NCBI GenBank assembly: GCA_046290225.1 | Contig: JBKAGE010000038.1 | Span: 192,001 to 256,000 of the forward strand | Origin: Bradymonadia bacterium | Lineage (GTDB): Bacteria > Myxococcota_A > Bradymonadia > UBA7976 > UBA1532 | Length of the DNA: 64,000 nucleotides | Direction of reading: 5' to 3' | Translations under genes and position numbers: made by a program | Notes under the pieces: generated by a model | The model's database searches: none | What the model was told of the DNA's origin: nothing | What the model saw: only the letters and a program-made list of their open reading frames with translations | Shown: positions 47,028 through 56,831 of the stretch, in pieces | Position numbering within the stretch: the first letter of the stretch is position 1 | How the letters are laid out: each line of letters opens with the position of its first letter

Positions 47028-48353
47028 TCAGCCGATGTGATGGATGGCGGTGATGGGGCGCATACGAGCGGCCCGGCGAGCGGGCAGCAGCGCCGCGAGC
47101 GCGGTGATGGTGGTGACCCCGAGGATGGTGGACAGCACATCGCCCGGACCCACGGCGAAGAACAGCCGATCGCTCATCAGCACCACCTGAAAGGCCTCCA
47201 TGGGGATGTGCACCCCTGCGGAATTCACCGCGGACCCCACGGCCCAGGCGAGCAAGGCTCCGGCCCCAGAGGCCAGGGCGCCGAGCATGCAGGCCTCGAG
47301 CATGAACATCGTCAGCACCCGACCACGGCCCATGCCGATGGCCCGCAGCGTGCCCACCTCACGGGTCCGCTCCCGAATGGCCATGAGCATGGTGTTCAAG
47401 ATGCCCACGATGACGATGGCGGCGAGCACGCTCAAAATCAGCACCCTCAGGGTCTCGAGGCCGGTGACGATCCACAACAGGAAGACGATCTCGTCTCGCC
47501 AGATACTCAAATCCAACCGCTGCCCGGAGAAATCCATGCCCGAGACGGTGCCGAACTTGGTGAAGAAGGGCTGCGGCGAGTAGTCGAGCATGTCGTGGCC
47601 CTTCGCCTTGAGGGCTTCTCTCAGGCGCCCCATGACCGCTGTGGCCTGCTCGGGATCATCGAGATAGATCTGGATCGCCCCAGTGGTGTCGTCCTTGATT
47701 TGATACAGGGTGCGCACCGCGGGCTTGGCGGTGAAGATGTTGAGGTTGGACAACGCCCCGAGATCACGACAGATGGCCACCACGGTGAGGTCGACGGTGT
47801 TGTTCACCCCCTTGAGGGTGGGCGACGACAGCGTCACCCCGTCCCCCACCTTCACCTTGAGGCGCTCCGCCTGGCCGGCGAAGAGCACGGCGGCGCTGGG
47901 CTGCACGAGATCTTCGAGGCGGCCCATGGGCTTGCCATCGGCGTCGGTGGCCAGCTCGAGGACCTCCATGAGGCCCCGCTCCTCTCCGACGTCGACACCG
48001 TTCACCCCCACGAAGAAGCCACCGTCGGCGCTGATGAGCCGTCCGAAGCCCCGCAGCCGGTCGATGACATAGGTGGCCTCGGGCACCTCGGCCTTCACGA
48101 GCTCACGGATCCCCCCCACCCCGGTCACCAGAGGCAAGGCGCCGCCGCCGCTCAGGCGATAGAAGCCGCCAACGTTCACGTGGCCGCTCATCAGCGTGGA
48201 GGCGGCCCGGACCAGGGTCTGCTCCACACCTCGGGTGAGGCCGCCGAGCAACAAGGCCAGCGACGTGAGGATCATGAGGGCCACGGACAACAGCAGAGTG
48301 CGGCGACCGCCCTGAATCAGATTGCGCCACGCGACGCGGATCAGCATGCCCAT
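47028..48353 (-). CDS. ABC transporter permease (LolC/E-FtsX/MacB family)
   Basis: AWRNL...RRTLL, NTMLMAIRERTREVGTLRAIG and PARRAARM.PI.AI. Confidence 0.9.
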   Translation of the reverse strand: MGMLIRVAWRNLIQGGRRTLLLSVALMILTSLALLLGGLTRGVEQTLVRAASTLMSGHVNVGGFYRLSGGGALPLVTGVGGIRELVKAEVPEATYVIDRLRGFGRLISADGGFFVGVNGVDVGEERGLMEVLELATDADGKPMGRLEDLVQPSAAVLFAGQAERLKVKVGDGVTLSSPTLKGVNNTVDLTVVAICRDLGALSNLNIFTAKPAVRTLYQIKDDTTGAIQIYLDDPEQATAVMGRLREALKAKGHDMLDYSPQPFFTKFGTVSGMDFSGQRLDLSIWRDEIVFLLWIVTGLETLRVLILSVLAAIVIVGILNTMLMAIRERTREVGTLRAIGMGRGRVLTMFMLEACMLGALASGAGALLAWAVGSAVNSAGVHIPMEAFQVVLMSDRLFFAVGPGDVLSTILGVTTITALAALLPARRAARMRPITAIHHIG

Positions 48354-48356
48354 GAC

Positions 48357-50432
48357 TTATCCTTCTGCCATGGCCTGCACCGGAGAGATCCGGGCGGCGA
48401 TCCGAGCGGGATAGAAAGTCGACAGCAGGGCGAAGATGAAGACCAGGGTGAGGGCGCCAGTGATGTGCCCGCTGGTGAGCTCCGGGAACAGCGCAGGGCC
48501 GCTGTAAAGCAGATCGGTGAAGGGGCTCGTCGAGGGGATGCCGCTGCTGTTGAGCCACAGGATGATGCCGGCGCCGATGCCGGCCCCCACGAGGCCCGAT
48601 ATGAGGGCCAGGGCGCAGGTCTCGGCGAGGAACAGCCGGGTGATGAAGCTGCGCTGAGCGCCGATGGCCCGCATGGTGCCGATCTCGTGCACCCGCTCCA
48701 TGGTGGCCATGACCATGGAGTTGTTGATGATGACCAGGGCCACGATGAGCAGGATGAAGACGGTGGCGTACAAGATCACCCGGATGACCCGCACCGCCTG
48801 CCCCATGAGCCCCGCGGCCTCCTGCCAGCCCACGACGGTGAGCTCCAGACCTGCGTCTCTGAAGGCCTGTTGCAATGCCAGGGCGGTCTCGAACTGCTTC
48901 TCGGGATCTTCGAGCACCACGGCGGCGTGGGGGGTGACCCCTCGGGTGACCTCTGCAGGGTCGAACCCCTGATCGCCCACAGCGCGCTCGAACTGCGGCA
49001 GCTCAGCTTGTACATCCGCGCCCATCGCCTCAGGTGCGGGCTCCACCACCAGCTCGGAGTTGTCACCGAAGAGGGCGTCTTCGATGTCGTCTCGGGCGAC
49101 ATCTTCGACCTTGTTCTTCACCCGCAGCGCCTCGATCTCCGCCCGGCGCGCCTCGGTCATCATGCCGAAGAGGTCTCGGAAGGTGACCAGATCAGAGAGG
49201 CTGTACACCCCGGCGATACGGCTGCGCTCCAGGCCGGACAGCGTGAAGGTGCCATACACCTTCACCGTGACCGAGCGGGTGTAGCCGCTCTTGGTGGCGG
49301 TCTTCAGGGTGGCCATGGTGCCCACGGGCACCCGGTACAGCTCGATGTGAGGGGCGATGTGCTCGTAGAAGAAGGCGTGGCGGGCCTTGATGGTGTCGTC
49401 GTCGACGGCGAGGAAGGCCTTGAGCAGCTCTGACAGCTCACCGGTCTCGCCGAGCAGGGTCTCGATCTCACCTTTGATCAGCTCTGCCTGATCAGGCGGC
49501 AGTTGATAGAGCACTCGGGGGAACTGCTGGGGCAACTGTTCGGCCTTGGCCTTGAGCTGGGCGTCGTCGGCGATGCGCTCTCCCTGCTCCACTTTCTCGA
49601 GCAGGCGATCGAGCTCCCGGGCCACGCGATGTTTGACGAAGCGCTCGTAGTAGCCGTCGTTGAACATGAAGCCCCGCTGGCCCTCGGGGATCGCCTCGCC
49701 CTTGGCCACGGCGAACCGATCGAACTGCTGGGCGAACTTGGTGGTGTCCGTGCCCAGGAACCTCAGGCCCAGCATCTGCCCCGCGGTCTGCCTCGGGGCC
49801 ACCTTGTTCTCCAGGAACTCCAGCGTGCCGAGGGGATCACCCTCGAAACGTGCCCAGAACGCGTCTTCCGCTGCTTTGATGACGTCCTCAGCACCGGCAA
49901 TGAGCACGCTGTCGTCGGCGGCGATGCCCTGCATCTCCTGCATCTGCGCCGCCATCTGCTTCAAGATGTGCTTCACCCGGGCGATCTGCACCTTCTGCCC
50001 TTCGGCGTCGCCCTGCCGCACGGCCTGGCGCAACGCCTCGAGGCGCCGGTCGAGATCGTTGCCGGTGTAGATCATCGCCACATTGGTGCCCATGGGCACG
50101 ACGTCGGCGACGTTGGGCACCGACCGGATCACCTCGGCCACTTTGGCGAAGTCTTGCATCACGCCAAGGTCGGGCACGCCAGCGAAGGTGTCGCCGAAGA
50201 GGGCGAGCTGCTCTTTTGCGTCGGCCCGGTGCACTTGCAGGTGGCCGGTGATGCTCTGGGTGATGCTGCGGCGCATGCCGACGTCCACGGCGTCGACGAG
50301 GGCAGAGCCCACGACGACGAGGCAGGTGCCGAAGGCGAGGATGAAGCCCACCACCAGAGACTTGCCCCGGTGGCGCCCCACATTGCCCAGGGCAATGCGC
50401 CACAGCACCCGAAACCGGTCGAGGGCGTTCAC
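48357..50432 (-). CDS. ABC transporter permease (LolC/E-FtsX/MacB family) with an enlarged periplasmic domain
   Basis: NSMVMATMERVHEIGTMRAIG and YPARIAARISPVQAM. Confidence 0.9.
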   Translation of the reverse strand: MNALDRFRVLWRIALGNVGRHRGKSLVVGFILAFGTCLVVVGSALVDAVDVGMRRSITQSITGHLQVHRADAKEQLALFGDTFAGVPDLGVMQDFAKVAEVIRSVPNVADVVPMGTNVAMIYTGNDLDRRLEALRQAVRQGDAEGQKVQIARVKHILKQMAAQMQEMQGIAADDSVLIAGAEDVIKAAEDAFWARFEGDPLGTLEFLENKVAPRQTAGQMLGLRFLGTDTTKFAQQFDRFAVAKGEAIPEGQRGFMFNDGYYERFVKHRVARELDRLLEKVEQGERIADDAQLKAKAEQLPQQFPRVLYQLPPDQAELIKGEIETLLGETGELSELLKAFLAVDDDTIKARHAFFYEHIAPHIELYRVPVGTMATLKTATKSGYTRSVTVKVYGTFTLSGLERSRIAGVYSLSDLVTFRDLFGMMTEARRAEIEALRVKNKVEDVARDDIEDALFGDNSELVVEPAPEAMGADVQAELPQFERAVGDQGFDPAEVTRGVTPHAAVVLEDPEKQFETALALQQAFRDAGLELTVVGWQEAAGLMGQAVRVIRVILYATVFILLIVALVIINNSMVMATMERVHEIGTMRAIGAQRSFITRLFLAETCALALISGLVGAGIGAGIILWLNSSGIPSTSPFTDLLYSGPALFPELTSGHITGALTLVFIFALLSTFYPARIAARISPVQAMAEG

Positions 50433-51157
50433 GGGTGGGCCACCTCGGCGCCGGTCTTCACGCCGGACAGACGGCCGTCCTCGAGCATGATCAGCCGGCC
50501 GGCCATCTCCATCACCTTGGGATCGTGGGTGCTGAAGAGGAAGGTGGTGCCCTTCCGGGCGTTGAGATCCCGCATCAGCTCGATGATGCGCTGCCCGGTC
50601 CCGGAGTCGAGGTTCGCCGTAGGCTCGTCGGCGAGCACGAGGGCGGGCTCGGTGACCAACGCCCGGGCGATGGCCACGCGCTGGCGCTGACCACCGGAGA
50701 GCTCAGTGGGTCGATGCCGCTTGTGTTCACCAAGGCCCACGGCCTCGATGATGGTGTTCACCTTGTCGGCCCGCTCTTTTCGGCTGAGTTTGCTCTGAAG
50801 CAGCAGAGGGAACTCGACGTTCTGGAACACGTCGAGCACGGCGACGAGGTTGAAGCTCTGGAAGATGAAGCCCAGCCGCTCGAGGCGCAGCCGAGTGAGC
50901 TCTTTCTCTTTGAGTGCGGCGGTGTCGCGACCATCGACCCGCACGGTGCCCTCGGTGGCAGTGTCGACGCAGCCAATGAGGTTGAGCGCCGTGGTCTTGC
51001 CGCTCCCCGAGGGGCCGGCGATGGCGGCGAACTCACCCCGTTCCAGCCGCAGGCTGATGCCCCTCAGCGCCACCACCGAGGTGCGGCCGAGGGGATAGAC
51101 CTTGTGCACGTCGACGAGTTCCACGATGGGGCCGGCGTCTCCGGCAGGGTTGTTCAT
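50429..51157 (-). CDS. ABC transporter ATP-binding protein (LolD-like)
   Basis: GPSGSGKT, LSGGQRQRVAIARAL, ADEPTANLD and STHD. Confidence 0.95.
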   Translation of the reverse strand: MNNPAGDAGPIVELVDVHKVYPLGRTSVVALRGISLRLERGEFAAIAGPSGSGKTTALNLIGCVDTATEGTVRVDGRDTAALKEKELTRLRLERLGFIFQSFNLVAVLDVFQNVEFPLLLQSKLSRKERADKVNTIIEAVGLGEHKRHRPTELSGGQRQRVAIARALVTEPALVLADEPTANLDSGTGQRIIELMRDLNARKGTTFLFSTHDPKVMEMAGRLIMLEDGRLSGVKTGAEVAHP

Positions 51158-51267
51158 CCAGGGCTCCCGCTCTCTGGCCGCGTGTGATGTGGCCAGTTCA
51201 ACGGGTGCAGACTGGCGACTGTTCCCTGTAGATGCAATAGGTCGGACACCGCCGCAGAGGAGAACGC

Positions 51268-51933
51268 ATGCTCACCTTCTACTTCGACTTCATCTCACCG
51301 TATGCCTGGCTCGCCTGGACGCAGATCCACGATCTCGCCGCCCGTCACGGGGTCGAGGTGGATCCGGCGCCGATTCTCTTCGCGGCGCTGCTGAACCACC
51401 ACGGTCAGCTGGGCCCCGCGGAGATCCCCGCCAAGCGCCTGTTCACCTTCAAAGACGTGGTGCGTAAGGCCGCTCGGCTGGGGCAGCCGCTGGTGCCGCC
51501 CCCTGCGCACCCCTTCAACCCTCTGCTGGGCCTGCGGCTGGCGAGCCTCGATCTCGACCCAGCGCCACGACGCCTGCTCATCGACACGCTCTTCCGTGCG
51601 GTCTGGGCTGATGGCCCGGGCATCACAGATCCCGTCATGGTGACCGCATTGCTCCAAGAAGTCGGGCTGGATGGCGAGGCCCTGGTGGCCCGCACCGCAG
51701 ATCCGGAGGTGAAGGCTCGGGTGAAAGCCCGTACCGCTGAGGCCATCGACCGCGAGGTCTTCGGCGTGCCCACGACGATGGTGGGCGACGAGCCTTTCTG
51801 GGGAGTGGAGACGCTGCCCGATGTGGAGCTGGCACTGCAGGGCGCAGATCCGGTGACGCCAGAGCTGATGGCCCGCTGGGCGAACCTGCCGGCCCAGTCT
51901 CATCGGCCCAAATCCCCGCAGAGCCAAAGGTGA
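51268..51933 (+). CDS. DsbA-family 2-hydroxychromene-2-carboxylate isomerase / GST-kappa-like protein
   Basis: FYFDFISPYAWL, HPFNPL and VFGVPT...FWG. Confidence 0.9.
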   Translation: MLTFYFDFISPYAWLAWTQIHDLAARHGVEVDPAPILFAALLNHHGQLGPAEIPAKRLFTFKDVVRKAARLGQPLVPPPAHPFNPLLGLRLASLDLDPAPRRLLIDTLFRAVWADGPGITDPVMVTALLQEVGLDGEALVARTADPEVKARVKARTAEAIDREVFGVPTTMVGDEPFWGVETLPDVELALQGADPVTPELMARWANLPAQSHRPKSPQSQR

Positions 51934-51984
51934 AATCACCCCCGGCTTGACGTGTGCCCCATCAGAGACCACCGTTAGCCCCTT

Positions 51985-53688
51985 TTGTCGCCCAATGTGA
52001 GTCTCCGACCGACGACCATGCTCCACGAACGTTATGAAATACTGGAACGGCTGGGGGCCGGGGGCATGGCCCGGGTCTACAAGGCCCGAGACACCCGGCT
52101 TGGCCGGATCGTGGCGCTCAAGAAGATTCACGAAGAGCTCGCCGAGCAGGACCAGGTCGTCACCCGGTTCCAGCGTGAGGCGCAGGTCGTCGCCCAGCTG
52201 CATCACCCCCACATCGTCGAGCTACACGACATCGTCGAGCTCGAGTCCGGGGGCATGGCCATGATCATGGAGTACGTCGAGGGGGTCGACCTCGCCGACG
52301 CCATCGAGAACCAGCGGCCCCTGCCGCCTGATCTGGCCCTCACCCTCATCCGCCCCATCGCCGACGCCCTTGCAGAAGCCCACAGCGCCGACATCGTGCA
52401 CCGCGACGTCAAGCCGGCGAACATCCTCATCGGCGTCGACGGTCGTTTGAAGCTGTCCGACTTCGGCATCGCCAAGATGCTCGAAGAGACCCAGCTCACC
52501 CGAACCGGCGGCTTCCTCGGCACTCCAGCGTACATCGCCCCTGAGCAAGCCAAGGGGGAGCCCGTGGGCCCCTCCTGCGATCAGTACGCGCTGGCCACCG
52601 TGCTCTACGAGCTGATCACTGGGCGACCGCCGTTCACCGGCGCCAACGCTCTGGCGTTGCTGAACAACATCCTCAAAGGGCACTACGACGATCCTCGGCG
52701 CCACAACCCCGAGGTCTCCGAAGCCTGCGCCGCCCTCATCGCCCGGGGTATGCACATCGATCCCGGCAGCCGCTACCCGTCTGTGGCCGCCTTCGGTGCC
52801 GCCATGGGCCGGCTGATGCCCCCTCTCGATCCGCCGCAGCAGCGACAGATCATCGCTCTGATGTGCGAAGGGCCTGATGCCGCCGCCGAGGCGCTGCGTG
52901 GGCTCACTCAAGATGGCCGGTCGCCCCGAGACGCACGCCCCGAGCCCCGCAAGTCAGCGACGCAACATCAGATCATCACCGCCCCTGGCGAAGACTCCGT
53001 GGAGATGGGGCCCAGCAAGCCCCCGGTGTGGCTCTGGGCCCTGCTCGGTCTCGCGGGCCTCGCCGCGGTCGTCGCCGTGGTCCTTTCTCTCGGCGATGCC
53101 GACACAGGCCAGCCCGCGGACGCCGCGGTGGTTACCACAGTGGAGAGCAGCGCCGGTGCGCGGCTCACTCAACCCGACGCCGCCCCATTGGAGATCGCCG
53201 AGGTGGTGCCCACCGGCCCTCTGGAGCGCCCGAGCAGGCCCGGACACACTGGCCGGCCTCGCGATCCTGCGCCCTCAGGGGCCCGCGATTCCGGCGTTCA
53301 GGTCGAAGACATGCCACCTGATGCAGGCAAGCCCACGACGCCAGACGCCTCGGTGAAGAAGACCCATGTCGGCCGGAAGCCTGCTCGCCGGAGCGGCCGC
53401 AGGCGGCAGAGCGACGCTGCGCCCACGCAAAAGCCCCCTGTGGCGGAGACGCCACCCAAGCCCGTGAAGGCTGTGCCAGGCACCCTGGCGCTCTTCACCT
53501 CTCCGTGGGCCAACGTCTATGTCGACGGCAAGCACAAGGGGCGCACCCCCTACCTCAAACAGTTGAAGCTCGGCGCCGGCAACCACACCCTCGAGTTGCG
53601 CAACCCCGGCAAGGGGACCTACACAGAGACCATCCGCATCAAGGCAGGCTCCACCCTCACCCGTCGGGTACGCCTGCCCGATCTCTGA
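51985..53688 (+). CDS. Hanks-type Ser/Thr kinase with TM helix and PEGA domain
   Basis: GAGGMARVY, HRDVKPAN, DFG, GTPAYIAPE; PWANVYVDG...GRTP. Confidence 0.93.
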   Translation: MSPNVSLRPTTMLHERYEILERLGAGGMARVYKARDTRLGRIVALKKIHEELAEQDQVVTRFQREAQVVAQLHHPHIVELHDIVELESGGMAMIMEYVEGVDLADAIENQRPLPPDLALTLIRPIADALAEAHSADIVHRDVKPANILIGVDGRLKLSDFGIAKMLEETQLTRTGGFLGTPAYIAPEQAKGEPVGPSCDQYALATVLYELITGRPPFTGANALALLNNILKGHYDDPRRHNPEVSEACAALIARGMHIDPGSRYPSVAAFGAAMGRLMPPLDPPQQRQIIALMCEGPDAAAEALRGLTQDGRSPRDARPEPRKSATQHQIITAPGEDSVEMGPSKPPVWLWALLGLAGLAAVVAVVLSLGDADTGQPADAAVVTTVESSAGARLTQPDAAPLEIAEVVPTGPLERPSRPGHTGRPRDPAPSGARDSGVQVEDMPPDAGKPTTPDASVKKTHVGRKPARRSGRRRQSDAAPTQKPPVAETPPKPVKAVPGTLALFTSPWANVYVDGKHKGRTPYLKQLKLGAGNHTLELRNPGKGTYTETIRIKAGSTLTRRVRLPDL

Positions 53689-53720
53689 TCTTCGAGACGC
53701 GTACAGGAGCCCCCATCTCC

Positions 53721-54485
53721 ATGATCACCGCCCTCGCCCTCGTGACCGCTCTGCTGGCTCCGCCGGAGCTGCAGAAGGCCCTCGACCACTTCGACTTCGG
53801 TCAGTTCGCCGAGGCGTGCACGCTGCTCGAGCCGCTCAAGAGCCAGCCCGGGCTCACCCGGCAGGCGCGCATCACCGTGCTCAGCCGCCTCGGCGCCTGT
53901 CATCACTACCAGGGCGAGACCGCTCAAGCGCGGGTGGCGTTCCAAGCGCTGCTCGATGCGGATCCCAGCCACGCCCTGGATCCTGTGCAGCACCCTCCGG
54001 AGTTGCTGGCCTTCTTCAGAGACATCAAAGCTGGATATGCCCGCACCCCGCCGGCCAAGCCCACGCGCGAGGTGCCACCGAGCAAGACCGCCGCAGAGGG
54101 TGACGGCTCGAAGGCCACCGCCTCTGCGCCTGCTCAGAAGAGCCACTGGGTGGCCCTGTCACCCTTCGGCGCGGGGCAGTTCCAGAACCAGCAGGTCTCC
54201 AAGGGGGTCACCATGGCCAGCCTGCAGACCGTCTCCCTCGGGGTGGGCCTCGTGGGGCTGATGCTCTTCGAAGCGGAGAAGGACAGCGGCAGCTTCCTCG
54301 GCGGCGGCACCTTCAAGAACACAGAAAAAGCCAACACCTACCAGAGCCTCTACCTCGCCGGGTTCGTGGGTTTTGCCGGTGTATGGATCTACAGCATCGC
54401 CGACGCGTTCTATCACTTCGACTCGCCCCCGACGGTCACCGTGACGCCCACGGGCAACGGCTTGTCCATCAGCGGCCGCTTCTGA
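53721..54485 (+). CDS. TPR-containing secreted/membrane protein
   Basis: ATG after AGGAG; helical TPR-like N-half; PFGAGQFQN motif and a C-terminal beta-strand ending in Phe. Confidence 0.75.
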   Translation: MITALALVTALLAPPELQKALDHFDFGQFAEACTLLEPLKSQPGLTRQARITVLSRLGACHHYQGETAQARVAFQALLDADPSHALDPVQHPPELLAFFRDIKAGYARTPPAKPTREVPPSKTAAEGDGSKATASAPAQKSHWVALSPFGAGQFQNQQVSKGVTMASLQTVSLGVGLVGLMLFEAEKDSGSFLGGGTFKNTEKANTYQSLYLAGFVGFAGVWIYSIADAFYHFDSPPTVTVTPTGNGLSISGRF

Positions 54486-54506
54486 AGCTCGACTCCGAGG
54501 TTCCCC

Positions 54507-55904
54507 ATGGATCGATACACACTCTGTCTCGCCGTGCTCTGCAGCGCCCTGGGCTGCCAGTCTGTCGAAGAGGCCGACGAACACGACGCTGGTGCTCAAA
54601 ACCCCGGGGCAGACGCCGCAGTGGGTGAAGGCGGCGGTGGCGAAGGGGGGGCGCGCAATGCCGGCCCTGGAGGCGGTGGCGGCGCCGGTGGCGAGGCGGG
54701 CAATGGCGGCTTCAGCGGCCTGGGTGGGGGCACGGGCGAGGGCTGCCCCAACCCCGGGCAGATGACGCTGTCGCTCATCGACCCGACCCCCGAAGCCCCT
54801 CTGACCCGAGCCGACTGGATCACCGCGGCCTTCGAGATCGACGGCGGCGCCCCACCCATCACCTACACCGCGCAGGGTGATCCAGGAGGCCTCATCGACA
54901 TCGATGTCGAGGGCATGGCCCTGCGCTGGGCGCCCGGGCGTAACGAGGGCGAGGCCGTGCCCTCGCCATGGTGGACCGGGCCGGTGTCGATCACCTTGCG
55001 CGCCCGTGACGCTCTGGGCTGCACCGCCGACAGCACCATCTCCGTCGAGCTTGGTGGCGATGTCATCATCAGCGACGGCAGCGATGGCCGGCTGTTCCTC
55101 TTCGGCGGCGACGGCCAGTTCCTCGGCTTCGGCCCCCAGCCCGCTCAAGGTCGTGGCATCAGTTTGCTGCTCCCGCTCCCACGCAACGTCGACGGGGGTG
55201 GCCTCATCGCCCTCATGGCCCCCGATGGCGACACCCCCGCTCAGATGCGACGGCTCGATCTCGCCGGGATGGCCACTGGGGTAGACTTCGAGACCCAGGA
55301 TCCCAGCGGCACGCCGCTCTACGGCCGGGGCAAGATGCCTCGGAGCATCTTCTACCACCCCAGCCTCGGGGAGGTGCTCGCCGACGACGCCGTCGACAGC
55401 AAGATCCACCGTTGGCGCCTCTCTGATGGTCGCTACATGGGTGCATGGGAGGTGCCCTATGATGGTCAGGGGCCCTCAGAGGTACTGGGCTTCGCCTGGC
55501 TCGACGACGCCCTCGTCGTCGGCCATGAGCAACACAACCGTCTGTACCGCATCGATGACGCGGGTCAGCCCACGGAGATCGGCCCTGTAGGTGACGGCAT
55601 CGACGACATGTTCATGGTGCGCTCCGCCGCGAGCGGGGATCAGGTCTTCACGGTGATGCGTCGGGGGCAGGAATTCGCCGCCTATGCATATGACGACACC
55701 GGGCGTCAGTTGAGCAGCGCTCAGCTGTTCCTCTACCGTCCACATCAGATCACCCGATTCTTCGATGGTTACCTGAGCACCTACCCCTACAACATCGAGA
55801 CCCGCCTCCATCTCGGTGATCTCTCCTTCGAAGGTGTGGATCGCTGGCACCAGCAAGGCGAGTACGAATGGCGGAGCCCCTCAGGGATCGTCTGGCTCGA
55901 CTGA
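54507..55904 (+). CDS. Lipoprotein with a Gly-rich linker, Ig-like domain and probable beta-propeller
   Basis: Lipobox ALGC; repeated beta-blade-like segments ending SPSGIVWLD. Confidence 0.7.
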   Translation: MDRYTLCLAVLCSALGCQSVEEADEHDAGAQNPGADAAVGEGGGGEGGARNAGPGGGGGAGGEAGNGGFSGLGGGTGEGCPNPGQMTLSLIDPTPEAPLTRADWITAAFEIDGGAPPITYTAQGDPGGLIDIDVEGMALRWAPGRNEGEAVPSPWWTGPVSITLRARDALGCTADSTISVELGGDVIISDGSDGRLFLFGGDGQFLGFGPQPAQGRGISLLLPLPRNVDGGGLIALMAPDGDTPAQMRRLDLAGMATGVDFETQDPSGTPLYGRGKMPRSIFYHPSLGEVLADDAVDSKIHRWRLSDGRYMGAWEVPYDGQGPSEVLGFAWLDDALVVGHEQHNRLYRIDDAGQPTEIGPVGDGIDDMFMVRSAASGDQVFTVMRRGQEFAAYAYDDTGRQLSSAQLFLYRPHQITRFFDGYLSTYPYNIETRLHLGDLSFEGVDRWHQQGEYEWRSPSGIVWLD

Positions 55905-56012
55905 GCACACTTGACTACACTGTCCACACTGTCACCCGCAGCCGGGCGGATCCTTTGTCCGGGGTGACGAGTGTGGTACACCCGGCTCCCCCGAAGACTG
56001 GAGAGACCCGCC

Positions 56013-56831
56013 GTGGATCAGATGCTCAACGCCGCCTTCCTCGGCTTGATCCAAGCCCTCACAGAGTTCCTGCCGGTCTCCTCGAGCGGACACCTCGTCC
56101 TGGGCAAGGTGATCCTCGGCATGGAGCTCGATGGCGGCGCCGCCACTGAGGTGGCCATGCACTTCGGCACCCTCATGAGCGTGATCGTGTTGTTCTTCAA
56201 GGACATCATTCGCCTGTTCAAGGCTACGGCGCGCCTCATGGGCAATCTGGGCCGGGTACGCTACCTCTGGCACGAAGATCCCGACATCAGACTGCTGGTG
56301 GCCATCATCATCGGCTGTATTCCCGCTGGAGTGATTGGGCTGCTGTTCAAAGATCAGCTCGAGAGCGCCTTCAATGATCCCCGAGGGGTCTGCGTGGCGC
56401 TGTTGTGCACAGGTGGTTTGTTGCTCACCACGGTGATGGCCCCCGTGGGCAAAGAGTCGATCCGCCCCCTCGACGCGCTGATCATCGGTGTGGCTCAGGC
56501 TGTGGCCATCATCCCCGGCATCTCCCGCTCAGGCTCGACGATCTCCGTGGCCCAGTTTCTGGGGATAGAGCGCGTGGATGCGGCCCGCTTCAGCTTCTTG
56601 ATGAGCTTGCCGGTCATCGCAGGGGCCACCTTGCTCAAGGGCAAGGACATGCTGGCCAACCCGCCCCCTGCAGATACGCTCGCTGCCCTCGGCGTCGGCG
56701 CGGCGGTCTCTTTCGTGGTGGGCCTCGGGGCGTTGTGGGCCCTGATGCAGCTGGTGCGCCAGGGCAAGTTCTCCATCTTCGGCTGGTACTGCCTCACCCT
56801 CGGTGTGGTGGGCTTGATCATGCTGCAGTAG
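56013..56831 (+). CDS. uppP: Undecaprenyl-diphosphate phosphatase
   Basis: LGLIQALTEFLPVSSSGHL, HFGT, PGISRSGSTI and AARFSFLM. Confidence 0.96.
   Translation: MDQMLNAAFLGLIQALTEFLPVSSSGHLVLGKVILGMELDGGAATEVAMHFGTLMSVIVLFFKDIIRLFKATARLMGNLGRVRYLWHEDPDIRLLVAIIIGCIPAGVIGLLFKDQLESAFNDPRGVCVALLCTGGLLLTTVMAPVGKESIRPLDALIIGVAQAVAIIPGISRSGSTISVAQFLGIERVDAARFSFLMSLPVIAGATLLKGKDMLANPPPADTLAALGVGAAVSFVVGLGALWALMQLVRQGKFSIFGWYCLTLGVVGLIMLQ

Noticed and set aside
47037..50690. Long plus-strand ORFs (798 aa and 395 aa)
   Set aside because: Antisense shadows of the clearly recognisable ABC permeases.
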